NCBI GenBank assembly: GCA_030591685.1
Contig: JAUVAX010000002.1
Location: 124,001 to 154,006 of the forward strand
Direction: 5' to 3'
From: Pseudobdellovibrionaceae bacterium
GTDB taxonomy: Bacteria; Bdellovibrionota; Bdellovibrionia; Bdellovibrionales; UBA1609
Length of the DNA: 30,006 bases
Made by a program: the position numbers and the translations under genes. The notes under the pieces were generated by a model that saw only the letters and a list, made by a program, of their open reading frames with translations, was not told the DNA's origin and did not search any database. Below are positions 9,745-18,854 of the stretch, one piece after another. Each line of letters opens with the position of its first letter. Within the stretch, counting starts at the first letter, position 1.

Positions 9745-10626
9745 ATGTATAAGGTGTTTGTTTTAATGGCCATAGTGGTGTGTTCAACAGTTGTTACGCA
9801 TGCAAATGCTGTTTCAGCGAGAGATGTGTGTGCAAAAATCAACTCATACAGCTCTAGTAATGGGGCTCAGTGTGCCTCCTTAATTTCGAGGCATCGATTT
9901 GATGAAAACGGTAACGCAATTTGTATGGCCGTTGCTCAATCAAGCTCCAGTAATGGGGTGAACTGCATGAGGGCCATTGCCGACAAAAAAATCCCTATTG
10001 AAGCGGTCGCGACCTGTAAAAAAGTGAGTAGTTATAGTTCGTCAAGTGGGGTGGCTTGTGCAAAAGCCGTTGCTGATAATTATTATACCGGAGGGGTCGA
10101 AAGGGCCTGCTTAAAAACAGCACAATCAAGTTCCTCAAACGGTGCCGAGTGCATGAAGCAAGCGGCGAATAATTACTATCAACCTTCAGTAGTTCCGGTG
10201 TGCGAACAGGTGGCTGCTTACAGTTCATCAAATGCTGTAAAGTGTGTTAAAGCTGCCGCAAATAAAGAGTACTATAACGGAGCTGAGAACGTTTGCTTAG
10301 ACGTGGCTCAGTCGAGCTCTTCAAATGGGGTAAAATGTATTGCTGAGGCAGGGGTTCCTTACCGCGGCCGAGATCCAGGCCGAAACCCGGGCCGAGATCA
10401 TGACTATGATAGGCCTACATACCCTGACGATGGCTACGACCCACCCACTCAATACATAGAAGTTGAAGTTATTAAGCTCAAACAGTTAAAGAGAATGATG
10501 AACAGAAGCCTCGAGGCGCTCGAGTATGGTGAAACTCGTAGAGCTCAAGAGATCATTCAAAAAACAAAGAGAAAATTAAAACAACTCATCCGTGGCAATC
10601 AAAATAACCCTAAAAGGAGGCTTTAA
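9745..10626 (+). CDS. Secreted Cys-rich tandem-repeat protein (six 31-aa C-x13-C units)
   Basis: Signal peptide ending ANA; six repeats such as CAKINSYSSSNGAQC and CMAVAQSSSSNGVNC; GRDP/GRNP linker; basic helical C-terminus; G-rich RBS. Confidence 0.85.
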   Translation: MYKVFVLMAIVVCSTVVTHANAVSARDVCAKINSYSSSNGAQCASLISRHRFDENGNAICMAVAQSSSSNGVNCMRAIADKKIPIEAVATCKKVSSYSSSSGVACAKAVADNYYTGGVERACLKTAQSSSSNGAECMKQAANNYYQPSVVPVCEQVAAYSSSNAVKCVKAAANKEYYNGAENVCLDVAQSSSSNGVKCIAEAGVPYRGRDPGRNPGRDHDYDRPTYPDDGYDPPTQYIEVEVIKLKQLKRMMNRSLEALEYGETRRAQEIIQKTKRKLKQLIRGNQNNPKRRL

Positions 10627-10648
10627 ACAAAAAAAAATGGTACGATTT

Positions 10649-10685
10649 AAAAAAAGACTAAGCCTTACGGGTTTAGTCTTTTTTT
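10649..10685. terminator. Bidirectional intrinsic terminator
   Basis: A-run, AGACTAAGCC-ttacg-GGTTTAGTCT, T-run, located between the convergent 10626 gene and hemN. Confidence 0.85.
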
Positions 10686-10709
10686 ATTTTGAGTGCACAA
10701 ATATAAAAC

Positions 10710-12056
10710 TCAAATTGATTTTGAAAACTGTCTTGAGGGGGGTGTATTTTTTTGCATGTACTCATCTAGAGATGAACAAATGTTTCTTAAAAAGGGCTCC
10801 CCCGGTGTAGTGATAGAGAGTTTTTTACCATCAATAACAACAAGGTTGTCTTTAATATAAGAGCTTAAAAATTGAGTCACCGGCGCTATTTGTGACTCTT
10901 CAAGTTCTACCTCAAAGCGAGTGGTAAGTTTTAAAATTTGTTTTTTTATTTTTTTGTCTTCCTCGGAGAGCTGATGGCCATTAAAAAAAGAAAGCTCCTG
11001 AGAATTAACCTTAGACTCATACTCTTTTACATCTTTAAGGTTTTGAAAGTACATATCTGGGGACTCTGATATAGAGCTTGCCCCAAGGCCTAACATGATG
11101 TCGTAATTTTGGTCTGTGTAACCCATAAAGTTGCGGTGAAGAGAGTGGTTTTTTTTAGCAACAGTGAGCTTGTCAGAGGGGAGAGCAAAGTGGTCCATGC
11201 CAATATCAACATACCCACTTGAGGTGAGCATTTCACGAGACCTTTCGTAAAGTTGTCTTTTTAAATCAGCACTGGGTAAATCAGAGTCTTTAAATTTTCT
11301 TTGTGAGGGGCTAAACCAAGGCACAAGGGCTAAGCTGTATAAGGCAATTCGATCAGGCTTAAGCAGTAAAGATTTTTCGATGGTGTTTTCAATGCCCTCA
11401 AGCCCTTGACCGGGTAAACCGTAGATTAAATCAAAATTCACAGAAGTATAGCCTATTTCACGCGCTGTTAGGGTGACTTTTTCAGTGACCTCAAATGACT
11501 GCTCGCGGTTAATGAGGCCTTGTACGTTTTTATTAAAATCTTGCACACCTAGGCTGACGCGGTTAAACCCTCGGTCAAAGAGCACTTGGAGTTGATCACG
11601 GCTTGTTGTTCTTGGGTCCACCTCAATGGAGCCCTCAAAGTCGTTAGGGTCAATGGTGAGAGGCTCTAAAATTGAGTCAATTAAAAGGCCTAAATGTTTT
11701 GCGCTAAAAAATGTAGGAGTCCCTCCGCCGAGGTGCAAAGTCTTAAGAGTGTGGTTCCTTATATCGGGTGAGTTTTTGAGGTAAATTTTAAATTCATTAA
11801 TTAGAGCATCGATATAGTTTTTATCATGATCGTGCGTTTTTTTAATCTCTCTATTGCAACCACAGTAGTGGCAAAGACTTTTACAAAAAGGGATATGTAC
11901 ATAGAGGGCCCATTTTAAACAAGAGTCTTTTAAGTGCCCATTAAGGTTATTTACCCACTGAGTGGGGGTTGGTTTGTCATGCCAATGGGGGACGGTGGGG
12001 TACGAGGTGTACCGAGGTGAGGGGATATTGTATTTTTCAAATAAACTATGGCTCAT
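10710..12056 (-). CDS. hemN: Oxygen-independent coproporphyrinogen III oxidase (radical SAM)
   Basis: PRYTSYPT, YVHIPFCKSLCHYCGC (CxxxCxxC), GGGTPT, SLGVQDF, DLIYGLP, IGMDHFA and RNFMGY. Start probably ATG 12056 (alternative 12086). Confidence 0.95.
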   Translation of the reverse strand: MSHSLFEKYNIPSPRYTSYPTVPHWHDKPTPTQWVNNLNGHLKDSCLKWALYVHIPFCKSLCHYCGCNREIKKTHDHDKNYIDALINEFKIYLKNSPDIRNHTLKTLHLGGGTPTFFSAKHLGLLIDSILEPLTIDPNDFEGSIEVDPRTTSRDQLQVLFDRGFNRVSLGVQDFNKNVQGLINREQSFEVTEKVTLTAREIGYTSVNFDLIYGLPGQGLEGIENTIEKSLLLKPDRIALYSLALVPWFSPSQRKFKDSDLPSADLKRQLYERSREMLTSSGYVDIGMDHFALPSDKLTVAKKNHSLHRNFMGYTDQNYDIMLGLGASSISESPDMYFQNLKDVKEYESKVNSQELSFFNGHQLSEEDKKIKKQILKLTTRFEVELEESQIAPVTQFLSSYIKDNLVVIDGKKLSITTPGEPFLRNICSSLDEYMQKNTPPSRQFSKSI

Positions 12057-12253
12057 TAGTAGCAGACTCTTATATTGACAACACATCCCCCTTAAATGAG
12101 GTGAGTGTTTTGATTATCGAAAACAATAAACCACACCTCTCTACTTGGGGCAATCAGCGAATTAAAAACAATACACTTAAGGGGTTATTTTTTTGGCCTT
12201 AGAGGTGTGATATGAGGCCTAATCAAACAAACCCCAACTGATTTAAAAGTGTG

Positions 12254-12282
12254 TAGACAAACCCTTTTGACGTTAATAGAAT
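12254..12282 (+). promoter_or_regulatory. Sigma-70-type promoter of uvrC
   Basis: TAGACA-N17-TAGAAT, with only 6 nt between the -10 box and ATG 12289. Confidence 0.6.
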
Positions 12283-12288
12283 ACTCCC

Positions 12289-14178
12289 ATGTCAAAAGAA
12301 ACCCCTATGTCTGAAAAGCAGACCCGTATTTTACGCCTTAAGGAGAAAGTCAGGGACTTCCCCCTGTCGCCAGGTGTTTATTTAATGAAAAACGACAAAG
12401 ATACAGTGATTTACGTGGGCAAGGCCAAAAGTTTGCGGGCTCGGGTGAGGAGTTATTTTACCCAATCTAAAGACCTATCTGTAAAAACCACATACTTAGT
12501 GGGGCGTATTTATCATATCGATTATATTTTAACCGACACCGAGGTGGAAGCCTTTTTGCTCGAAGCCTCTTTGATTAAAAAATATAAGCCTAGGTATAAC
12601 ATACGACTTAAGGATGATAAATCGTACCCCTACATAAGGTGTACAACAAATCACGAGTACCCGCGTTTCGAGTTAGGCCGTAAAGTTTTAAGGGATGGTG
12701 GGCTTTATTTTGGCCCCTACACAAGTGGATTTGCCGTTAAAGAAACCATAGATTTTATTAATCGCTCTTACCTTATACGTGACTGTAAAGACTCAGACAT
12801 GAAAGCCCGAAAGCGCCCCTGCATGACCTACGAAATTGGCCGGTGCAAGGCCCCCTGTGTGGGTTATGTGACTCAGCTTGAGTATAAAAAGGACGTCGAA
12901 CAAGCCCTTAGTTTTTTAAGGGGTGCCGATAAGCAAACACTCAAACTTTTAGAAGCAAAAATGAAGGCGGCCGCCAGTGACCAGCGTTTTGAGGCGGCGG
13001 CACGCTTAAGAGACGCCATGATGGGGGTTAAAAAAATATGGGAAAAGCAAAACGTCATTAAACCCGGCGAACAAATTGACAAAGATATTTTTGTTTTTGT
13101 TGGCGACCAAAGAGGCACCCTAATTGAGAGCTTGCATGCAAGAAGTGGTCGGGTGATTGGTAACCGTAGTAACTTTATACCAAAGCTAGATATTGACTCC
13201 CCAGATGAAGAGGTCAAAGAGTGGTTCACCTCGTATTTGAACCAATACTATAGTGAAAACTTCATCCCTGATGAAATTTTAATTACCGTCGATTTGGGTC
13301 ATGACATAAAAAAACTTTTAAAAAGTGTATTTTTACAAATACAAAACAAAAGCCCTGAAATTATATTTGTCCCTAGCGGAGAGTCCAATGACCTTGTTGC
13401 CATCGCCTATAAAAATGCTAAAAGTCATTTTTCAGCCCAGGTTACAAAACAACAGGCTAAAGAAAATGGCCTCTTAGAGATAAAGGCCCGGTTTGGGTTA
13501 AAAAACACCCCTCACCGCATAGAGTGTTTTGATATTTCCAACACTCAAGGGGCTGAAAGTGTCGCTAGTCAGGTTGTTTTTGAAGAGGGGGCTCCTAAAA
13601 AAAGCGACTACCGTAGGTATAAAATAAAGACTGTAGAGGGCCCTAATGACTTTGCCTCTATGAAAGAGGTCCTCACCCGTAGGCTTGAGCATAAAGAGTA
13701 CGAGGACCCTGATTTAATAGTCGTTGATGGGGGCAAGGGGCAGTTAAAAATTGCGGTAGAGGTACTAAAAGAGCTTAACCGGCCAGATATCCCTGTTGTG
13801 GGGCTAGCTAAGGCCCGAACAAAAAAGGGTTTTAAAGAGTCTCAAGTCGAACAAACTCAAGAGAGGTTCTTTTTGCCTGGGCGACAAAATTATATTTTAT
13901 TTAAACCCCATACCGAGGCCTTTCGCATACTTGTGGGCCTGCGTGATGAGGCTCATCGGTTTGCGATCACCTTTCATCGAAAACTTAGGGGTAAGGCCGC
14001 CCTACACTCTCAGCTCGATGGAGTTTCGGGGTTGGGGCCTAAAAAAAAGAAAACCCTACTCAGTCACTTCACAAGTGTAGATTGTATTAAGAAGTCTTCA
14101 GTTGAAGAGCTTATTGAGGTCAAAGGCATCAATAAAGCCCTAGCCCAAGCGCTTATAAAACATTTAAACAAAAATTAA
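12289..14178 (+). CDS. uvrC: Excinuclease ABC subunit C
   Basis: GIY-YIG domain PGVYLMK..VIYVGKAKSLR, PRYNIRLKDDKSYPY, UVR motif, RIECFDISN, PDLIVVDGGKGQ, RDEAHRFA and C-terminal HhH. Confidence 0.98.
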   Translation: MSKETPMSEKQTRILRLKEKVRDFPLSPGVYLMKNDKDTVIYVGKAKSLRARVRSYFTQSKDLSVKTTYLVGRIYHIDYILTDTEVEAFLLEASLIKKYKPRYNIRLKDDKSYPYIRCTTNHEYPRFELGRKVLRDGGLYFGPYTSGFAVKETIDFINRSYLIRDCKDSDMKARKRPCMTYEIGRCKAPCVGYVTQLEYKKDVEQALSFLRGADKQTLKLLEAKMKAAASDQRFEAAARLRDAMMGVKKIWEKQNVIKPGEQIDKDIFVFVGDQRGTLIESLHARSGRVIGNRSNFIPKLDIDSPDEEVKEWFTSYLNQYYSENFIPDEILITVDLGHDIKKLLKSVFLQIQNKSPEIIFVPSGESNDLVAIAYKNAKSHFSAQVTKQQAKENGLLEIKARFGLKNTPHRIECFDISNTQGAESVASQVVFEEGAPKKSDYRRYKIKTVEGPNDFASMKEVLTRRLEHKEYEDPDLIVVDGGKGQLKIAVEVLKELNRPDIPVVGLAKARTKKGFKESQVEQTQERFFLPGRQNYILFKPHTEAFRILVGLRDEAHRFAITFHRKLRGKAALHSQLDGVSGLGPKKKKTLLSHFTSVDCIKKSSVEELIEVKGINKALAQALIKHLNKN

Positions 14179-14293
14179 AGTGTTGTTTTTACAATCAAAG
14201 AGCTCTCAATTGTATTAATACTCTAGAGTTTGATATAAAATGTCATCGGGTATTTTTGTATATTTTTTGCCGAAGACCATGGAACCAATATTT

Positions 14294-14881
14294 ATGAAAT
14301 CTTTTATAATCTTAATAAGCCTACTCTTCTCATTTTTCGCTAGCGCAAATACTAATGCCCCCCTAGTAATTACTGATGAAAACCAAGAAACATGGTTAAA
14401 AGTTCATTTCAATGAAAACAAGGCACAGTTTATTGTTTGTGAAAAAATCAAGGATAACTGTCATGAGGTGATTGGTCATAAGTACTTTTCAAAAAGTGAC
14501 ATAGCAGCTCAAGTTGAGAGGTTAAACCACGAATCAGATAGCGAAATACACACCACAGTGTTTTTAGTTGTAGGGACTATGATTGTGACTTTTGGTACCG
14601 CTACGGGGTCAGTGTATACATTATTAAAAAAGCTAGGTCATAAAGGTGGTCTACTTAAGGGTGAGTTTAAGATGGGGTGGCATGTGGCGGCCGGGGTCTC
14701 TATTGGTGCCGCTACAAGTATAGGCATTGTATATCAAATACTGTGGGCCGATGCCGGACGTAAGTTAAAAGCCTTAAGTAAAGCCACTGAGCCCAACGAA
14801 GAGTCAGTTAATCTTGTTTTAGTTAAAGACATCGACCAATTTATTGTAGACATTAACGATGCGCTACTAGGTATAGAGTAA
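14294..14881 (+). CDS. Hypothetical secreted/membrane protein
   Basis: Signal peptide MKSFIILISLLFSFFASA from ATG 14294; Cys pair followed by two hydrophobic Gly/Ala-rich segments. Confidence 0.7.
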   Translation: MKSFIILISLLFSFFASANTNAPLVITDENQETWLKVHFNENKAQFIVCEKIKDNCHEVIGHKYFSKSDIAAQVERLNHESDSEIHTTVFLVVGTMIVTFGTATGSVYTLLKKLGHKGGLLKGEFKMGWHVAAGVSIGAATSIGIVYQILWADAGRKLKALSKATEPNEESVNLVLVKDIDQFIVDINDALLGIE

Positions 14882-14884
14882 AAA

Positions 14885-15628
14885 GTGTACCGCCTCTCAC
14901 TTGCTGTATTAATAACAATTGTTTCTATAGTAAGCCTGGCTGGTCAGTATCAAGAGAAAAACTCTAACGAAACTATTTTAATTTCTAAAAACGATCAAAA
15001 CCTTTATTTTTATCATTATTGTTCAAGTGAGCCCTCTGAGTGTGAGCCCTTAGGTCGCCCCTCAGGTTACACAGAATTAGAGATATCAAAGCTCTCAGAG
15101 ACCCTCTTTAAACAAGCCGAGGCTATTTTTTTAGTCAATAAGGTGGCGGATGTTTTATTTTTCGCGGCTAGTTTTACTGTTGTTGGCCGGGTGGTGAGGG
15201 TGGCTAAAATTAAGTCAGCCGGTGTTTTACGCGGGTCTGTGGCACCAAGTATTTTAAACCCGGGGGTACAATCAAAAAGGTGGGTGCTAAGAGCTTCTAA
15301 AATGGCTGAGGTGGGTTTGAGTGTTGTTGGGGCACTGGTTGTTGTTAACGCTCTAGAGGGGTATGCAAACGACAAAAGAGCCGGTCAGAGTTTTTTAAGT
15401 CGCCTGATTAATGAGTTCAGTTTAACTTTTGACCCTAGTTATTACGACCGTATGGGGCGAGTTTTTTTGCCAAAGGCTGGAGAGTTTAATTACCCCATAG
15501 TTGGTGTTAAAGGGGTGAGTATAAAAAGGTTAGCCCAAGGCCTTCGACAAAATTTATGGAGAGTCGATCAGTGCACAACCCCCTTAAATAGCAACTGTCG
15601 TCGATTAAAAAGTATTAATAAGCATTAA
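14885..15628 (+). CDS. Hypothetical secreted/membrane protein, similar architecture to the upstream gene
   Basis: GTG start 3 nt after the upstream stop; signal peptide ending SLA; Cys pair, LG..Y...EI motif and hydrophobic segments. Confidence 0.7.
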   Translation: MYRLSLAVLITIVSIVSLAGQYQEKNSNETILISKNDQNLYFYHYCSSEPSECEPLGRPSGYTELEISKLSETLFKQAEAIFLVNKVADVLFFAASFTVVGRVVRVAKIKSAGVLRGSVAPSILNPGVQSKRWVLRASKMAEVGLSVVGALVVVNALEGYANDKRAGQSFLSRLINEFSLTFDPSYYDRMGRVFLPKAGEFNYPIVGVKGVSIKRLAQGLRQNLWRVDQCTTPLNSNCRRLKSINKH

Positions 15629-15660
15629 TACAAAAACGAGAGGTACTTTTAAATAAAAAG

Positions 15661-15882
15661 TTACTGAAGTGAATGGGTTTGCTTTTTTAATCGAACATTA
15701 CAGCAGGGGCACTCCGCCTCTTCTTCAACTTGCATGTATAAAAAATGTGTTACGTGGGTAAACTGCAGTTGCGACCCGCAAAGAGAACATGAGTTGTACT
15801 CTTCTAAAAAGTCTTCGCTGAGATTATTTGGTTTAATGTTCCACTGAGCCACTATATTGTTTTTTTCAAGCTTTTCGTCCAT
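15661..15882 (-). CDS. Small zinc-ribbon-like protein (73 aa)
   Basis: MDEKLEK...CSLC...CPCC..HSLQ; AAGGATGAGG RBS just upstream of ATG 15882. Confidence 0.75.
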   Translation of the reverse strand: MDEKLEKNNIVAQWNIKPNNLSEDFLEEYNSCSLCGSQLQFTHVTHFLYMQVEEEAECPCCNVRLKKQTHSLQ

Positions 15883-15931
15883 AGGCCTCATCCTTAAGTT
15901 AAAAAAAGCAGCCATCCTGGCCACAAGTGAT

Positions 15932-15958
15932 GTATCGGTTTGAAGCGTACAAACTTGA
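15932..15958 (-). promoter_or_regulatory. Sigma-28 (FliA) promoter of the zinc-ribbon gene
   Basis: Minus strand reads TCAAGTTT-N11-ACCGATAC, against the FliA consensus TAAAGTTT-N11-GCCGATAA. Confidence 0.7.
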
Positions 15959-16210
15959 GACTTTTCTTAATATTTTAGTCAGGGGGGCGTCAAAGCCAGC
16001 TGAGCCCACTATTTACGCAAAGCCTACAAGGTGAAATTCTAACCAACTAAATTTGCTTATATATTACAGGTTTTGGGGTTTCGGTTGAGCCCCCAAAAAG
16101 GGGCCCTTATAAACAGTTAAGTATTTGTTATTATTTGTATTATTATTGTTATTTGTGTGATTTTATAGCCTCTTAAACGCTTAAAACAAAAGGTCCAAAC
16201 TAAAGTGCCC

Positions 16211-16705
16211 ATGAGTGAGAGCCAAATTAACTACCTAACAAACGTCTTAGGCATTGAGGGTTTTATTAAGCCTGAGGGCTATCAGTTAGCCTCTGAAGCC
16301 CTACCCCATGATGAGCCGGTCAGTTTAAAACCTCAAGTTAAGTGGCTTGAGGTTTCATCAGCTTCACTTATATTTATGGCTCCAGGGCCAGTAACTCATG
16401 AGCAGTTTTTAATGGTTAAAAAAATGTCTCAAGCACTTGGTCAGGCTGGGTTTGGGTTATGTGAACTTTTTAAACCCTATGGCTCTTTGCAAACACTCCT
16501 TTCAGCGACAAATAAAAATATTGTTATTTTTGACGAAGAATTGGCTGAGGGCTTGGGTGTAAAAAATGAGTTAGGTCATTATAACAGTCACATGGGAGTA
16601 GGGGTTATTGTTACCCATAGTTTAGAAAAACTAAATGACTCAACCCATGCCTACCAAATGCCATTAAAAAAGCAAACCTGGCAGCATTTAAAATTATTAT
16701 TATAA
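16211..16705 (+). CDS. Hypothetical protein, possibly a degenerate uracil-DNA-glycosylase-like / HolD-like fold
   Basis: ATG 16211; C-terminal VIVTHSLEKL...KKQTWQHL resembles the UDG family-4 C-terminus, but no catalytic GEAPG motif or Fe-S cysteines are present. Confidence 0.5.
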   Translation: MSESQINYLTNVLGIEGFIKPEGYQLASEALPHDEPVSLKPQVKWLEVSSASLIFMAPGPVTHEQFLMVKKMSQALGQAGFGLCELFKPYGSLQTLLSATNKNIVIFDEELAEGLGVKNELGHYNSHMGVGVIVTHSLEKLNDSTHAYQMPLKKQTWQHLKLLL

Positions 16706-16715
16706 AGGTGAGCGC

Positions 16716-18083
16716 ATGAAATATATTTTAATTATTATACTATTTATGCAATTAGCTTTATCTCCTATATTTGCATCTCAGTTAGCGATGAACGCTGCTA
16801 ATAGTGTTACAACAACGACTGAGGCCACAAATGTTGGGCCTATTAAATACGACTCTAAATGTACAACAGAAATGCTAATGACAGAGGTTATAGGGCCAGC
16901 CAGTGTGGACTCTTTACAGAGGGCGCTAAGTAAGACAAAAGAAGAGTCTTGTGACTCGTTATTAATTTTAGTCAACACCCCCGGTGGTAGTTTGCCTTCG
17001 ACGCGCAAAATAGTGCAAAAAATACTGAACTCTCCGGTGCCCATACTTTGTTTAATTTACCCCTCTGGTGCACATGCGGGTAGTGCGGGGGCTATTATAA
17101 TGCAAGCCTGTCATGTTTCAGGGGCGATGAGTGCTACTAATATTGGTGCAGCAACGCCCATTTCAAGTTCTGGTAAAGACATTTCAAAAGATTTACGAAA
17201 AAAGTTATTAAACGATACAACGAGCTGGCTTGAAGGGTTAACAAATTTACGTCACCGAAATAAAAAATTTGGGCGAGACATTATTGTAGATGCCAAAGCC
17301 GTCAGTGCTGAAGAGGCGGTTCGATTAAAGGCCCTTGATGTTTTAGTTCAAAGTAAAGAGCAGTTTTTACTTTATGCCCAAGGGCAAAAAGTTAAGCTCA
17401 CTAAAGATAAGTCTATGATTGTAAAAATAGGCCCTGAAAGTAAATTTACCCCAGACATAAGAGAAAAAATTTTAAAACTCGTCGCTGACCCTCAAACTGC
17501 ATATATGATTTTTATGGGTAGTTTGGCTCTTTTGTATTTTGAAATCACTCACCCGGGCATGATAGTCCCCGGAGTTGTTGGGGCTTTAGGTTTAGTTTTT
17601 GCGATGATTAGTTTAGATAAGCTAGATGTAGAATGGGGCGGATTGCTATTAATTATTTTAGGTATTGGTTTTTTAATCGCAGAGGCCTTTGTGCCGAGTT
17701 TTGGTATTTTAGGCATAGGGGGCACCATTTCGTTTGTTGTAGGGAGTATATTTTTATTTGACGAGGCAAAAACGGGTTACAGTTTGCCTATGAGTATTAT
17801 TTTAACGAGCAGTTTAATTTTGGGCTTGTTCTCCATGGGGATTGCTTACTTGGCTTATAGCTCACGTAAGGTTAAAAAAATTGGTATGTACTCTGATTTT
17901 ATGGATGAGATAACACAGGTAGACACTGTTGACCCTAAAAATAAAAAAATAGGGTCAGTGAATGTTAACGGAGAGATCTGGAGAGTGAAGTGTGCTAAAC
18001 CTCTAGCACTCTCAGACAGAGTAAAAGTTATTGGATTTAAAGGGCTTACTTTAAAAGTAGAATTATTAAACAAGGAGACTTAA
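16716..18083 (+). CDS. nfeD: NfeD long-form membrane-bound ClpP-class serine protease
   Basis: NTPGG, AGSAG and NIGAATP motifs; multiple TM helices (FEITHPG, AEAFVPSFG); C-terminal OB domain with GEIW; adjacent to an SPFH gene. Confidence 0.92.
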   Translation: MKYILIIILFMQLALSPIFASQLAMNAANSVTTTTEATNVGPIKYDSKCTTEMLMTEVIGPASVDSLQRALSKTKEESCDSLLILVNTPGGSLPSTRKIVQKILNSPVPILCLIYPSGAHAGSAGAIIMQACHVSGAMSATNIGAATPISSSGKDISKDLRKKLLNDTTSWLEGLTNLRHRNKKFGRDIIVDAKAVSAEEAVRLKALDVLVQSKEQFLLYAQGQKVKLTKDKSMIVKIGPESKFTPDIREKILKLVADPQTAYMIFMGSLALLYFEITHPGMIVPGVVGALGLVFAMISLDKLDVEWGGLLLIILGIGFLIAEAFVPSFGILGIGGTISFVVGSIFLFDEAKTGYSLPMSIILTSSLILGLFSMGIAYLAYSSRKVKKIGMYSDFMDEITQVDTVDPKNKKIGSVNVNGEIWRVKCAKPLALSDRVKVIGFKGLTLKVELLNKET

Positions 18084-18836
18084 ATGTTTACATCATATTT
18101 ACCTATTATATTAGTGGTGGGTTTTTTATTAGTATCTTGCGTACGAATACTTTCTGAATGGGAGAGGGGTGTTGTGCTCCGGTTTGGTCGTTTTGTTGGG
18201 GTGAGGGGGCCTGGTTTGATCCTTTTAATCCCAGGTGTGGAGCGAATGATTAGGGTCGACACTCGTACGGTCACCATGGACATACAGCCTCAAGATATAA
18301 TCACAAAAGACAATGTCTCCATGAAGGTGAACGCTGTTTTGTATTTTAAAATTCTTGACCCTGAGCTAGCTATTACAAGAGTTGAAGACTACTACTTTGC
18401 CACAAGTCAACTCGCGCAAACCACTTTAAGAAGTGTTTTGGGCCAATATGAAATGGACGATTTGCTCGTTAATCGAGATAAAATTAACCACACCCTTCAG
18501 GGTATTTTAGACACCGCCACAGAGCCTTGGGGTGTTAAAGTAAGTACCGTTGAGGTGAAGCAAATTGATTTACCCCCTGAAATGCAGCGAGCCATGGCCC
18601 GTCAGGCTGAAGCCGAGCGTGAGAGACGTGCAAAGGTTATCAGTGCTGAGGGTGAATTAGAGCGTTCAGTGAAGCTGGCTCAGGCGGGTGACAACATGGC
18701 CTCAAGTGCAGCGGCCTTGCCACTTGCTTTTTTACATACCCTTTCAGAGATCAGTAATGAGACAACAAATACTATTGTCTTTCCTGTGCCGATAGATATA
18801 ATTACTGCTGTGATTGATAGTGTAAAGAAAAATTAA
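18084..18836 (+). CDS. Slipin / stomatin-like SPFH domain protein
   Basis: [37 protein letters not shown] and [23 protein letters not shown]. Confidence 0.95.
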   Translation: MFTSYLPIILVVGFLLVSCVRILSEWERGVVLRFGRFVGVRGPGLILLIPGVERMIRVDTRTVTMDIQPQDIITKDNVSMKVNAVLYFKILDPELAITRVEDYYFATSQLAQTTLRSVLGQYEMDDLLVNRDKINHTLQGILDTATEPWGVKVSTVEVKQIDLPPEMQRAMARQAEAERERRAKVISAEGELERSVKLAQAGDNMASSAAALPLAFLHTLSEISNETTNTIVFPVPIDIITAVIDSVKKN

Positions 18837-18854
18837 AGCAAAAAAAGGATTCGA

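Noticed and set aside
14250..14276. Possible sigma-28 promoter (GCCGAAGA) before the 14294 gene
   Set aside because: No acceptable -35 element at the required spacing.
16071..16098. Hairpin ttttggggtttc-ggtt-gagcccccaaaa
   Set aside because: It lies between divergent genes with no transcript to terminate and is not a recognisable RNA; too little support.
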